Assembly: GCA_009693235.1 (NCBI GenBank)
Contig: SHXR01000007.1
Coordinates: 11,916-75,915 of the forward strand
Origin: Betaproteobacteria bacterium
GTDB taxonomy: Bacteria; Pseudomonadota; Gammaproteobacteria; Burkholderiales; SG8-39
Reading direction: 5' to 3'
DNA length: 64,000 bases
The notes beneath the pieces are model-generated. The model was not told the DNA's origin and searched no databases. It saw only the letters and a list, made by a program, of their open reading frames with translations. The number at the start of each line of letters is the position of its first letter. Position 1 is the first letter of the stretch. The translations under genes and the position numbers were made by a program. This document shows, piece by piece, positions 40,293 through 48,684 of the stretch.

Positions 40293-41051
40293 CTACATGC
40301 CAAGGTAGACCTCCCGCACGCGCGGATTGCGCTGCATTTCCGCCATCGGGCCGGACGCGATGATTTCGCCGAAGTAGAGGACATTGACCACCGAGGCGAT
40401 GTTCATGAGTTGCATGTCGTGGGAGACCAGGAGCAAGGTCATCCCCTCATCGTTGAACGTTTGCAGCCACTTGCCGAGTGCCTCGACCTCGGCGGTGTTC
40501 AGTCCCGAGGAGGGTTCGTCGAGCAGGAGTAATTGCGGCTTGCCTGCATACGCCCGCGCCAGTTCGAGCATGCGCCGTTGTCCGCTGGTGAGCTTGGCCG
40601 CCGGCACCTCACGCAACCGTTGGAGCCCGAAGCGTTCGATGACTGCCTCGGCCACCTCGCGCATCAACGCCAGGTCGCGGCGTGCGCGAGGAAGAGAGAG
40701 CATGTTGGACAGCGCGCCAGACCGCGTGAGTTTGCAGGCGCCCACCATGATGTTGTCCTGCACGCTCAAATGCTCGAAGACGCGCGGCGTTTGGAACGTT
40801 CGCACCATGCCGACGCGACTGCGTGCCTCGACACTCATTGCCCGGGTATCGTTGCCCGCCATCATCACCGATCCGGACTGCGGGACGAGAAAGCCATTGA
40901 GGATATTGAAAAGAGTGCTCTTTCCGGAGCCGTTCGGACCGATGAGGCCGACGATGCGCCCCGCCGGAACCTCGAACGACACATTGGTGAGCACGGTAAG
41001 ACCACCAAATGCGTGACCGATACCGCGCACATCGAGCGCGGGCGCAGTCAT
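40293..41051 (-). CDS. ABC transporter ATP-binding protein (LivG-like)
   Basis: 252-aa ORF. Walker A GPNGSGKST, signature LTSGQRRMLE, Walker B LLLLDEPSSG. ATGA overlap with the upstream permease gene. Confidence 0.9.
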   Translation of the reverse strand: MTAPALDVRGIGHAFGGLTVLTNVSFEVPAGRIVGLIGPNGSGKSTLFNILNGFLVPQSGSVMMAGNDTRAMSVEARSRVGMVRTFQTPRVFEHLSVQDNIMVGACKLTRSGALSNMLSLPRARRDLALMREVAEAVIERFGLQRLREVPAAKLTSGQRRMLELARAYAGKPQLLLLDEPSSGLNTAEVEALGKWLQTFNDEGMTLLLVSHDMQLMNIASVVNVLYFGEIIASGPMAEMQRNPRVREVYLGM

Positions 41052-42007
41052 TTGTTCGCCTCACCCGGCGTCGCGGTGGATTCGTCCAGCGCCCGCTTGC
41101 GCCACTGCCGGATGGTCCCGACGATGCCGTGGGGTGCCGCGATCACGACGACAATCAGAGCAAGCCCGAACACGATGCCGTGGAAGTCGCCAAGCTTGCT
41201 CAAGAGCTCAGGTACGAACGTGATGAAGAGCGCACCCACAACGACGCCTGGAATCGAGGCCGCACCACCCAGGACCGGAATCAGGAGAAAAAGAATCGCC
41301 TTGTCGATGGTAAAGCTCGCGACGCTCACATAGCCGGTGTAGTGGGCGAACAGGCTCCCCGACACGCCGCCCAGCACGGCGCAGACGACAAAAATAGTCA
41401 CCCGCAAACCATGCACGTCGATTGCCAGCACGCGGGCGGCATCGAGCGAGTCGCGCATGCCGCGCATGGCAAGGCCGGTGCGTCCGGCCACCAGATTGTG
41501 GACGAGCAGCATCGCGATCGCCGCAACGACCCATGCGAAGTAGTAGAACGTGAGCGGCGTATCAAGCACAAATCCGAACAGGCCGAGTTTGGGAATTGCG
41601 CCGATGCCGACCGTGCCGCCGGTAAGCCAGTCCCACTCGAAGAACAGCGCGTTGGCAATCATCGCAAGCGCGAGGGTTGCCACCGCCAGAAAGAAACCAG
41701 TAAGCCGCAGGACCGGCCAGCCGAGCGCGAGCGCAATCACGCCGCTTGCGATCATGCCAACAACAAATCCGAGCGATGCGGGTAGCTTGAGATTGACGGT
41801 GATGATCGCCGATGCATAGGCACCCATGGCATAAAACACCGATTGCGCGAGCGTCACGATGCCGCAATGACCTAGCAGCAGCCCCACCCCTAGCCCGGCG
41901 ATGGTGTAGATCGCGGCGAAGACCAGCAGGTCCACATGATGGCGCCCCAGCACCCATGGCAGTAGCGCCCACACCACAACAAGAACGATCAACCATGGCC
42001 GGCGCAT
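41048..42007 (-). CDS. branched-chain amino acid-type ABC permease (LivM-like)
   Basis: ORF 41048..42040. ATG 42005-42007 (MRRPWLIVLVVVWALL) behind GGGAGG is the likelier start, 4 nt after the LivH-like stop. Polytopic. Confidence 0.85.
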   Translation of the reverse strand: MRRPWLIVLVVVWALLPWVLGRHHVDLLVFAAIYTIAGLGVGLLLGHCGIVTLAQSVFYAMGAYASAIITVNLKLPASLGFVVGMIASGVIALALGWPVLRLTGFFLAVATLALAMIANALFFEWDWLTGGTVGIGAIPKLGLFGFVLDTPLTFYYFAWVVAAIAMLLVHNLVAGRTGLAMRGMRDSLDAARVLAIDVHGLRVTIFVVCAVLGGVSGSLFAHYTGYVSVASFTIDKAILFLLIPVLGGAASIPGVVVGALFITFVPELLSKLGDFHGIVFGLALIVVVIAAPHGIVGTIRQWRKRALDESTATPGEANK

Positions 42008-42011
42008 CCCC

Positions 42012-42899
42012 TCAACCTCCCTTGCGACCGCGGCGGCCAAGAATACCCTGCGGCACGAGGATCATGATCACGAGCAACACGCTGAAGGCCACCACGTCCT
42101 TGTAGGCCGACGCGATGAAAACAATCGCGAGCGATTCGACGAGGCCCAGAATGATCCCGCCGACGATCGCTCCCATCGGGTTGGTGAGTCCGCCGATCAT
42201 GGCCGCGCAGAATCCCTTCAACGTCAGGACCAGGCCCATGTAATAGCTGATCGGCACGATTGGCGCGACCAACAATCCGGCCAACGCGCCAAGCAGGCCG
42301 CCCATGCCATAGGTCGCGGTGCGCATCGCCGCCACATTGATGCCGGTGGTCGCCGCCCCATCGGCATCGATCGAGGCTGCCATCATCGCCAGGCCGAACG
42401 ATGTCTTGCGATAGAAGAATCGTAATGCCGCGACGATCGCCGCGCAGGCCACGATGACCCAGATCGCGTGATAGCGAATCGTGGCATCGAAGACGATGGC
42501 CACGCCGTCCGACCCGATCGAAGGCAGCGTGAAGTAGTCGCGACCGGCAAAGAACAACACACCCGCGGAAATGGCAAAGGCGATGCCGATGGTGAGCAGC
42601 AAAAATGCATCCTCATCGGCTTTGCGGCGAACCATCGGACGTACCAGGACTACGTCGACGACGATACCAAGCAAGATGCCGAACACCGCACCCGCGATGA
42701 ATGCGATCGGATATGAGAATCCCGCCGCCTTCATCGCGAATACCGCGACGACCGCACCGATGAGCGAGAACTCGCCCTGCGCGGCATTGATGACGCCGCT
42801 ACCTTTGTAGATCACGGCGATGCCCATGCCGATGAGGGCATAGATGACGCCGTTAGTAACGCCTGAAAGAATCGCCTGAACGACTAGGCTTGAGAACAT
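42012..42899 (-). CDS. branched-chain amino acid-type ABC permease (LivH-like)
   Basis: 295-aa ORF. The MFSSLVVQAILSGVTNGVIYALIGMGIAVIYKGSGVINAAQGEF N-terminus is typical of LivH. Confidence 0.9.
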   Translation of the reverse strand: MFSSLVVQAILSGVTNGVIYALIGMGIAVIYKGSGVINAAQGEFSLIGAVVAVFAMKAAGFSYPIAFIAGAVFGILLGIVVDVVLVRPMVRRKADEDAFLLLTIGIAFAISAGVLFFAGRDYFTLPSIGSDGVAIVFDATIRYHAIWVIVACAAIVAALRFFYRKTSFGLAMMAASIDADGAATTGINVAAMRTATYGMGGLLGALAGLLVAPIVPISYYMGLVLTLKGFCAAMIGGLTNPMGAIVGGIILGLVESLAIVFIASAYKDVVAFSVLLVIMILVPQGILGRRGRKGG

Positions 42900-42966
42900 T
42901 CGCTCGGCCGACCGCGATGAACGCCGCGAGCGGATTGCACGCGGCGTGCGCTGAATTGAGTCCGGG

Positions 42967-44136
42967 TTACTTTGACACGCGGAACGGCAGGCGCGTGTAC
43001 TGTCCTTTGATGAGCTTCGAGTACACGAAACTCGTGAGCTTCATGCCGGTGAGATCGGCATCGCGAAAATCGTAATCGGCCAGCACGCCCTTGTGCGGGC
43101 GGCGCAGCCATTCGCATATCTCGGCGGGCTTGGCATCAGCTGGCGTCGCCTTCAGTGCGGCCACCATGAACTGCACCAGGTCCCAGCCGGCGGCCTCGAA
43201 ATTCTTGGGCGTGAGGTTGTATTCCTTGCGATACATCTCCACGAATGCCTTTTGGTCGGGCAGCGGATCTTCGCCCACCAGGAATTCCGGAATGATCACG
43301 TTGTCCGCGCTCTCGCCCATCGCCTTCACATATTCGTACGATGACGACCCGATCGCCGCGATGACCGGCACCTCGATACGCACTTGTTTGACCGCGCGAA
43401 ACGGCGTACCTGACGTTGCGATCACCATGACGGCTTCGGGATTCGAGGCGCGCACCTTGGCCGCCTGGGTGGTCACGTCGGTCGCGCCGATTTCGAATTT
43501 TTCGATCGCGACAAACTCGATGCCCGGGTAGGACGACGAAATCGCTTTCAGAGCGCCCATCACGACGTTCCCGTATCCGGAATCGTGGAGCACACCCACC
43601 CGTTTGATCTTCATGGCATTGGCGGCGTATTCCATCAATGCGCGGGCATTGAGGTCCTGCGGCGGCAGGACGTGATACACGCACTTGCGATCGCGCTCGA
43701 CGGGAACGGAAAGCCCGGCCGGAACGATGTGCGGCAGCTTGAGCGGATCGGTAATGGCGCCGGCCGCGACGATCTGTGCCACTTGCGATGGCCCGATGAG
43801 GCCGACCACCTTCTCGTTGTGCACAAGAGCATTGGCCTTGGTGCGCGCATTGTCTGGGTTGCTCGCATCGTCCTCGATGATCACCTTGATCGGGCGACCA
43901 CGGACACCACCCGCCGCGTTCACCGCCTTCTCGGCGAGCAGCACGCCGTTTCGAGTCGGCACGCCAAGGCCAGCTCCAGGGCCGGTGATCGCAAGAATCG
44001 CGCCGATCTTGATCGGTTCACCAGTCGCTTGTTGAGCATGCGATGGCGTATGAGTGAATAGGGTCGTGGTGAACAGAGCGCAAACTGCTGACACAGCCAG
44101 TGCACGTGCGGGCGTGCCCATCCATCGTCTTGCCAT
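42967..44136 (-). CDS. Liv-type ABC substrate-binding protein
   Basis: 389-aa ORF. Signal peptide ending HAQQ, then IKIGAILAITGPGAGLGVPTRNGVLLAEKAVNAAGGVRGRPIKVIIEDD. First gene of the transporter operon. Confidence 0.9.
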   Translation of the reverse strand: MARRWMGTPARALAVSAVCALFTTTLFTHTPSHAQQATGEPIKIGAILAITGPGAGLGVPTRNGVLLAEKAVNAAGGVRGRPIKVIIEDDASNPDNARTKANALVHNEKVVGLIGPSQVAQIVAAGAITDPLKLPHIVPAGLSVPVERDRKCVYHVLPPQDLNARALMEYAANAMKIKRVGVLHDSGYGNVVMGALKAISSSYPGIEFVAIEKFEIGATDVTTQAAKVRASNPEAVMVIATSGTPFRAVKQVRIEVPVIAAIGSSSYEYVKAMGESADNVIIPEFLVGEDPLPDQKAFVEMYRKEYNLTPKNFEAAGWDLVQFMVAALKATPADAKPAEICEWLRRPHKGVLADYDFRDADLTGMKLTSFVYSKLIKGQYTRLPFRVSK

Positions 44137-44165
44137 GTTGGTCTCCTCCAGCGGGGTATATTCGT

Positions 44166-44181
44166 TATGCTATATAGCATA
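44166..44181. promoter_or_regulatory. perfect 16-bp palindrome (candidate operator) in a divergent promoter region
   Basis: TATGCTATATAGCATA. The first half is the exact reverse complement of the second. It sits in the AT-rich centre of the 81-bp gap between the ABC/E2 operon (-) and the dehydrogenase/cupin/E1 operon (+). Confidence 0.6.
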
Positions 44182-44217
44182 GTTCCGTATCCCAACGTCC
44201 CAACGCTGGAGGTCAAC

Positions 44218-45102
44218 ATGAAAGCGCGCATCGGCATTCTCGGACTCGGAAAGATCGGACGCGCCGCCGGCGAGAATCTGCTCAAGGAAGGTTATCCGGT
44301 GGCGGCCGTGCGCCGTCCAAGCACCGAGGATTTCATTAAGTCGGGCGGAACGCTCGTCGATACGCCCGCGGAACTTGCACGAGATTCCGAGCTGGTCATC
44401 TCGTGCCTGCCAAGCATCGCGTCGATGCATGAAGCATTCGAGGCCCCAAATGGACTCATCGCCGGCGCGCATGATCGCCTCGCCGTGCTCGAGATGGGCA
44501 CGTTCTCGGCAGCGCTCAAGACCGAGCTTGCCAACGGACTGCGCGCCAAGGGCACGCCCATGCTAGACAGCCCGATCAGCGGCACGCCCTCGATGGTGGC
44601 CAACAAAGTGGGAGTTCTTTTCATCAGCGGCGACAAGGCGGTCGCCGAACGCTGGAGCGAAGCGATCAACGCATTTGCGCCGAAGAATTTCCATGTGGGT
44701 GCGTTCGGCTGCGGCATGGCGATCAAGCTCGCCACTAATTTCATCGTGGGCGCCAACAGCCTTGCGGTCGCCGAGGGGTTCGCGTTCGGCATCCGCGCCG
44801 GGCTCGACCCCGAGCTGATGATCAAGGTGATGGGGCCAAGCGCCGCCGGTTCGCGTGTATTCGATTTTCGCGCACCGATGATCGCGCAACGCAAATTCCG
44901 CCCGGCACCCGGGCCTGCACATGTGCTCTGGAAGGATCTTCAACTCGTGAAAGAAGAAAGCGAGCGCTTGGGTCTTGCCGCACCGATCCTGAAGACGCAG
45001 CTTGAATGGTTCGGGAAAATGATGGACGGCGGAAGAGAGGATGATGAGTGCGCCGCGGTATTCGAAGTTCTTATGGAAGCTTCGGAGCCTGGGAGCATGT
45101 AG
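44218..45102 (+). CDS. NAD(P)-dependent oxidoreductase, 3-hydroxyisobutyrate/6-phosphogluconate dehydrogenase-like
   Basis: ATG 44218 behind GGAGG. MKARIGILGLGKIGRAAGENLLKEGYPV (Rossmann fold) ...GCGMAIKLATNFIVG. Confidence 0.8.
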   Translation: MKARIGILGLGKIGRAAGENLLKEGYPVAAVRRPSTEDFIKSGGTLVDTPAELARDSELVISCLPSIASMHEAFEAPNGLIAGAHDRLAVLEMGTFSAALKTELANGLRAKGTPMLDSPISGTPSMVANKVGVLFISGDKAVAERWSEAINAFAPKNFHVGAFGCGMAIKLATNFIVGANSLAVAEGFAFGIRAGLDPELMIKVMGPSAAGSRVFDFRAPMIAQRKFRPAPGPAHVLWKDLQLVKEESERLGLAAPILKTQLEWFGKMMDGGREDDECAAVFEVLMEASEPGSM

Positions 45103-45142
45103 CAGCGGAGTTCAACGACATGTAGCAGCGTGGTTCAACGTC
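45097..45142 (+). repeat. 23-bp imperfect tandem direct repeat spanning a stop codon
   Basis: atgtagcagcggagttcaacgac followed by atgtagcagcgtggttcaacgtc (20 of 23 identical). Copy 1 contains the TAG stop of the dehydrogenase gene (45100-45102). Copy 2 ends 16 nt before the cupin ATG. Confidence 0.8.
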
Positions 45143-45158
45143 AACCGGAGGAGCGATC

Positions 45159-45755
45159 ATGGAAAGCAAGCACTACAGCCCGGCCGAAATGGAAGAAAAA
45201 TGCATCGTGCGCTTCAAGAATCTGAAGTACATGGGTGCGGGCGAGAAGAAAAAGGAAGGACCGATTTCACCCGAGGTCTACAAGATGCTGGCGGCCCCCG
45301 CGTTCGCCATCACCGCCCCGGAATTCGACAATGGTCCATGGGGCGAGGCACGCGTGAAGGTGCCGGACTACGTGAACATCATCGCTGAACTGCCCCCGGG
45401 CGGTGGCGTGCCGCTGCATATGCATGCAAAGACCATCGAAACCTTCATGGCGCTCACCGGCAAATGGAAACTGCAGTGGGGTGACAAGGGCGAATACGAG
45501 ACCATTCTCGAACCGTTCGACACCTTCGCGGTGCCGGCAGCGGTAAGCCGCCGGTTCGAAAACGTCGGCACCGAGAAAGCCTATCTGCTGGTGCTCATCT
45601 CGGGTGGCACCCACGATATGGACGACTTGATCTTTGCACCGAGCGTAGGTAAGGCCATCGAAGACAAGTTCGGCAAGACCACCCGCGAACATGTTGAGAA
45701 GGTCGGATTCAAATTCACCGCCGGCATCTCGGGACAGCATGCGCACATGAAGTAG
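45159..45755 (+). CDS. cupin domain protein (metal-binding HxH...E motif), paralog of 48094..48669
   Basis: 198-aa ORF behind GGAGGAG. Motif LPPGGGVPLHMHAKTIETFMALTGKWKLQWGD. Collinear similarity to the cupin at 48094..48669 along the whole length. Confidence 0.75.
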   Translation: MESKHYSPAEMEEKCIVRFKNLKYMGAGEKKKEGPISPEVYKMLAAPAFAITAPEFDNGPWGEARVKVPDYVNIIAELPPGGGVPLHMHAKTIETFMALTGKWKLQWGDKGEYETILEPFDTFAVPAAVSRRFENVGTEKAYLLVLISGGTHDMDDLIFAPSVGKAIEDKFGKTTREHVEKVGFKFTAGISGQHAHMK

Positions 45756-45839
45756 CGGAAGTCGCCGCATCTTGATCGTCCTTCGCCTTCGCTGGGCCAA
45801 CGCCCGCGAAGGCAACCCCGCATTGCGAGGAAGCGTCGC

Positions 45840-47831
45840 ATGAACATGGAAACCAATCGAGCAAGCCTGATGCCCGCGGCAACGCTCACGCGGCTGTACA
45901 CGACCATGCTGCGCATTCGCCTTTTCGAGGAGAAAGTGCGCGAGCTGTTTCAGGCTGGGATCGTGAAGGGGACGGCCCACAGCTACGCGGGACAGGAGGC
46001 AATCGCCGCCGGGGTGTGCTTCCATCTGCGCAAGGACGACTACATCGGCAGCTATCACCGCGGCCACGGTCATTGCATCGCCAAAGGCGCGCGCATGGAC
46101 CAGATGCTCGCCGAATTGATGGGCAAAGCATCAGGCTATTGCGGCGGGATGGGCGGCTCGATGCATGTGGCCGATCTCGATCTCAACATTCTCGGTGCGA
46201 ACGGCATTGTCGGGGCCACCATGCCGCTTGGCCTGGGTGCCGCGCTCGCAAGCAAGATGCGTGCAACGGATCAGGTCACGATCGCGTTTTTCGGGGACGG
46301 TGCTTCGAACCAAGGCGTATTCCATGAAGCGATGAATCTTGCGGCGGTATGGAAGCTGCCGATGATCTTCGTCTGCGAGAACAATCAATGGGCGCTCAAT
46401 ACGTCGATCCATAGCACGACCTCGGTCGAGCGGATCGCGACGCGTGCAACCGCTTACGGCGTTCCAGGCGTGACCGTCGATGGCAACGATGCGATCGCCG
46501 TGCATGACGTGGCGGGCGAAGCGATCGCCAGGGCGCGCGCCGGCAACGGTCCAACGCTCATCGAAGCGATGACTTGGCGCCATACGCAGCACAGCCTGCG
46601 CGTCAATCTGCCCGATCCACGCACGCAGGCCGACATGGATGAGTGGTTCGCGCGCGATCCGATCGGCCGTTTCGAACGCTGGGCAGCGGGTAATAGTGAC
46701 GCGTCGGGCCGGTTCGGTGTCGTTCGGCAGGAAGCCGAGGCCGAACTCGCGGCGGCCGTGGCGTTTGGGCAGGCTGGGGATGAGCCGACCGTGAGCCAGA
46801 TGATGGCCGCGGTCTATGGCCCCCATCTTGCGCATCACGAGCCGGGCCCGGTCGGCACGCGCAATCTCACCATGGCAGAAGCACTCAACGAAGCGCTGCA
46901 TCAGGAGATGGAGCGTGATGCGAGCGTGTTCGTGATGGGCGAAGATGTCGGCGCAACCGGCGGCCTCTTCCAGGTTTCCAAAGGACTCGCAGACCGCTTC
47001 GGTGAAGCGCGGGTTCGCGATACGCCGATTTCGGAAGCGACATTCTGCGGCGCAGGAGTCGGTGCCGCGATAGCTGGAATGCGACCGGTGGTGGAGGTGC
47101 AGATCTTCGATTTCGTAACGCAGATGATGGACATGATCGTCAACCAAGCCGCCAAGTTCCGGTTCATGCTGGGCGGCCGACCGAATGTTCCGTTTGTCAT
47201 TCGTGGTCCGCAGGGCGGCGGCATCCGCCTCGCCGCGCAACATAGCCAGAGCCTTGAGAGCTGGTTTACCCACATTCCCGGCTTGGTCGTGATCGCGCCT
47301 TCGACACCGTACGACGCGAAGGGCCTTCTTACCGCGGCGATTCGGGACAACAACCCGGTCGTGTTTCTGGAGCACAAGCTGCTTTATCACGGTGCGAGCG
47401 GTCCAGTCCCGACAGAACCCTATGCGATTCCAATCGGCAAGGCGGACGTTAAACGTGCCGGCACGGACGTGACGATCGTTGCGACGCAAATCATGGTGGC
47501 GCGCGCACTCGCGGCCGCCGCGAAGCTTGAGATCGAAGGGGTGAGTGTTGAGGTGATCGATCCGCGTACACTGCGGCCGCTCGACGAGGAAACCATTCTT
47601 GCTTCGGTGAGGAAGACCGGTCGACTCATTGTTGTTCATGAAGCGGTGCGAAGCGGCGGGTTTGGTGCCGAAGTCGCTGCGATTGTCATCGAGAAGGCCT
47701 TCGACTGGCTTGATGCACCGGTCGTTCGAATCGGTGCACCGGACGTTCCGATGCCATTCAATCCGGATCTCGAGCTTGCAGTGATTCCTTCGCAGCAGAT
47801 GATCGAAGAAGCGATCCGCAGGATCGCGTAG
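45840..47831 (+). CDS. thiamine-diphosphate-dependent 2-oxoacid dehydrogenase E1 component, fused alpha/beta subunits
   Basis: Single 663-aa ORF. The alpha-like half has the TPP motif GDGASNQGVFHEAMNLAAVWKLPMIFVCENNQWA. The beta-like half starts near NLTMAEALNEALHQEMERDASVFVMGEDVG and ends with the transketolase C-terminal-like region. Confidence 0.9.
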   Translation: MNMETNRASLMPAATLTRLYTTMLRIRLFEEKVRELFQAGIVKGTAHSYAGQEAIAAGVCFHLRKDDYIGSYHRGHGHCIAKGARMDQMLAELMGKASGYCGGMGGSMHVADLDLNILGANGIVGATMPLGLGAALASKMRATDQVTIAFFGDGASNQGVFHEAMNLAAVWKLPMIFVCENNQWALNTSIHSTTSVERIATRATAYGVPGVTVDGNDAIAVHDVAGEAIARARAGNGPTLIEAMTWRHTQHSLRVNLPDPRTQADMDEWFARDPIGRFERWAAGNSDASGRFGVVRQEAEAELAAAVAFGQAGDEPTVSQMMAAVYGPHLAHHEPGPVGTRNLTMAEALNEALHQEMERDASVFVMGEDVGATGGLFQVSKGLADRFGEARVRDTPISEATFCGAGVGAAIAGMRPVVEVQIFDFVTQMMDMIVNQAAKFRFMLGGRPNVPFVIRGPQGGGIRLAAQHSQSLESWFTHIPGLVVIAPSTPYDAKGLLTAAIRDNNPVVFLEHKLLYHGASGPVPTEPYAIPIGKADVKRAGTDVTIVATQIMVARALAAAAKLEIEGVSVEVIDPRTLRPLDEETILASVRKTGRLIVVHEAVRSGGFGAEVAAIVIEKAFDWLDAPVVRIGAPDVPMPFNPDLELAVIPSQQMIEEAIRRIA

Positions 47832-48093
47832 TCAATTCAGCTCGCTGCGAGCGGACGCCTCGCATTTTAGGTGTCAAGCGGGGCCAGTCGTCGGGAGCCA
47901 AATCCAAACGATGCGCCATTCAGCGCTCAAAACAACGTTGATGCATCGCGCCAGAACCCGTCACTTGCCTGATTGCGGGCATGACGCCGTCAATCTGGAT
48001 GCAGCCGGGGCAGATAAGCCTGCATGATGCGTAGATGATTTACGGCGCGACAGCTAATACATCAGGCTGGCGGCGCACGGGTGTGGCGCTGCG

Positions 48094-48669
48094 CTATTTT
48101 CGCGGCGGATCAAAGTGAAACACCTTGCCGAATGCCTCGCGCACCTTGGCGCCGTGTTCACGCTCCACTCGTTCGGCGATCGAATGCGGCATCGATACAT
48201 CATCGCGGCCATCATTGAGTCCGGTCAACACGGTGAGTTGTACCGCGTCGGTGGTGCCGACGTTGCGAAAGCCGCGATAGACCCTGGGCGGGCAGGAGAA
48301 AACGTCCCATTGATCGAGCGTGATGTGATGGGCGATCGGCTCGCCGATGTGATATTCGATTCGCCCTTGCAGCACCATGAAGGTCTCGAACGTATCGTTG
48401 TGCGAATGCAGGCACGGGCCTTGTCCGGGCGGCAAAATGGAGATGAACATCGTCGTGCGCGCCGCACCGAAAATAGGCGCTTCGGTCCCGAATGGATTCT
48501 TGGTGTCATCCAGAATCACCGGCATGAGCTGGCGCGCGAAGATGATATCGATGGCCTCTTGTGGCACCCAGGTAAGATCTTTCGTCGCCGTGGTCATCTG
48601 CTTCAACTGACTGAAACGGCTTACGCGCCGATCGAGTTCTTCGCGGGTTGGGGTGTAGATGTCTTTCAT
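48094..48669 (-). CDS. cupin domain protein (metal-binding HxH...E motif), paralog of 45159..45755
   Basis: 191-aa ORF behind AGGAGG. Motif LPPGQGPCLHSHNDTFETFMVLQGRIEYHIGE. Confidence 0.75.
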   Translation of the reverse strand: MKDIYTPTREELDRRVSRFSQLKQMTTATKDLTWVPQEAIDIIFARQLMPVILDDTKNPFGTEAPIFGAARTTMFISILPPGQGPCLHSHNDTFETFMVLQGRIEYHIGEPIAHHITLDQWDVFSCPPRVYRGFRNVGTTDAVQLTVLTGLNDGRDDVSMPHSIAERVEREHGAKVREAFGKVFHFDPPRK

Positions 48670-48684
48670 GACGCCTCCTATTAT

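Noticed and set aside
46131-47639. Very long antisense ORFs. Examples: 46131..47639(-) 502 aa, 61264..62358(-) 364 aa, 50296..51294(+) 332 aa, 45267..46073(-), 12296..13204(-), 18729..19733(+).
   Set aside because: Each lies exactly opposite a gene with clear family sequence. Their translations are Arg/His/Gly-rich and of low complexity, with no recognisable motifs. These are typical shadow ORFs of GC-rich DNA.
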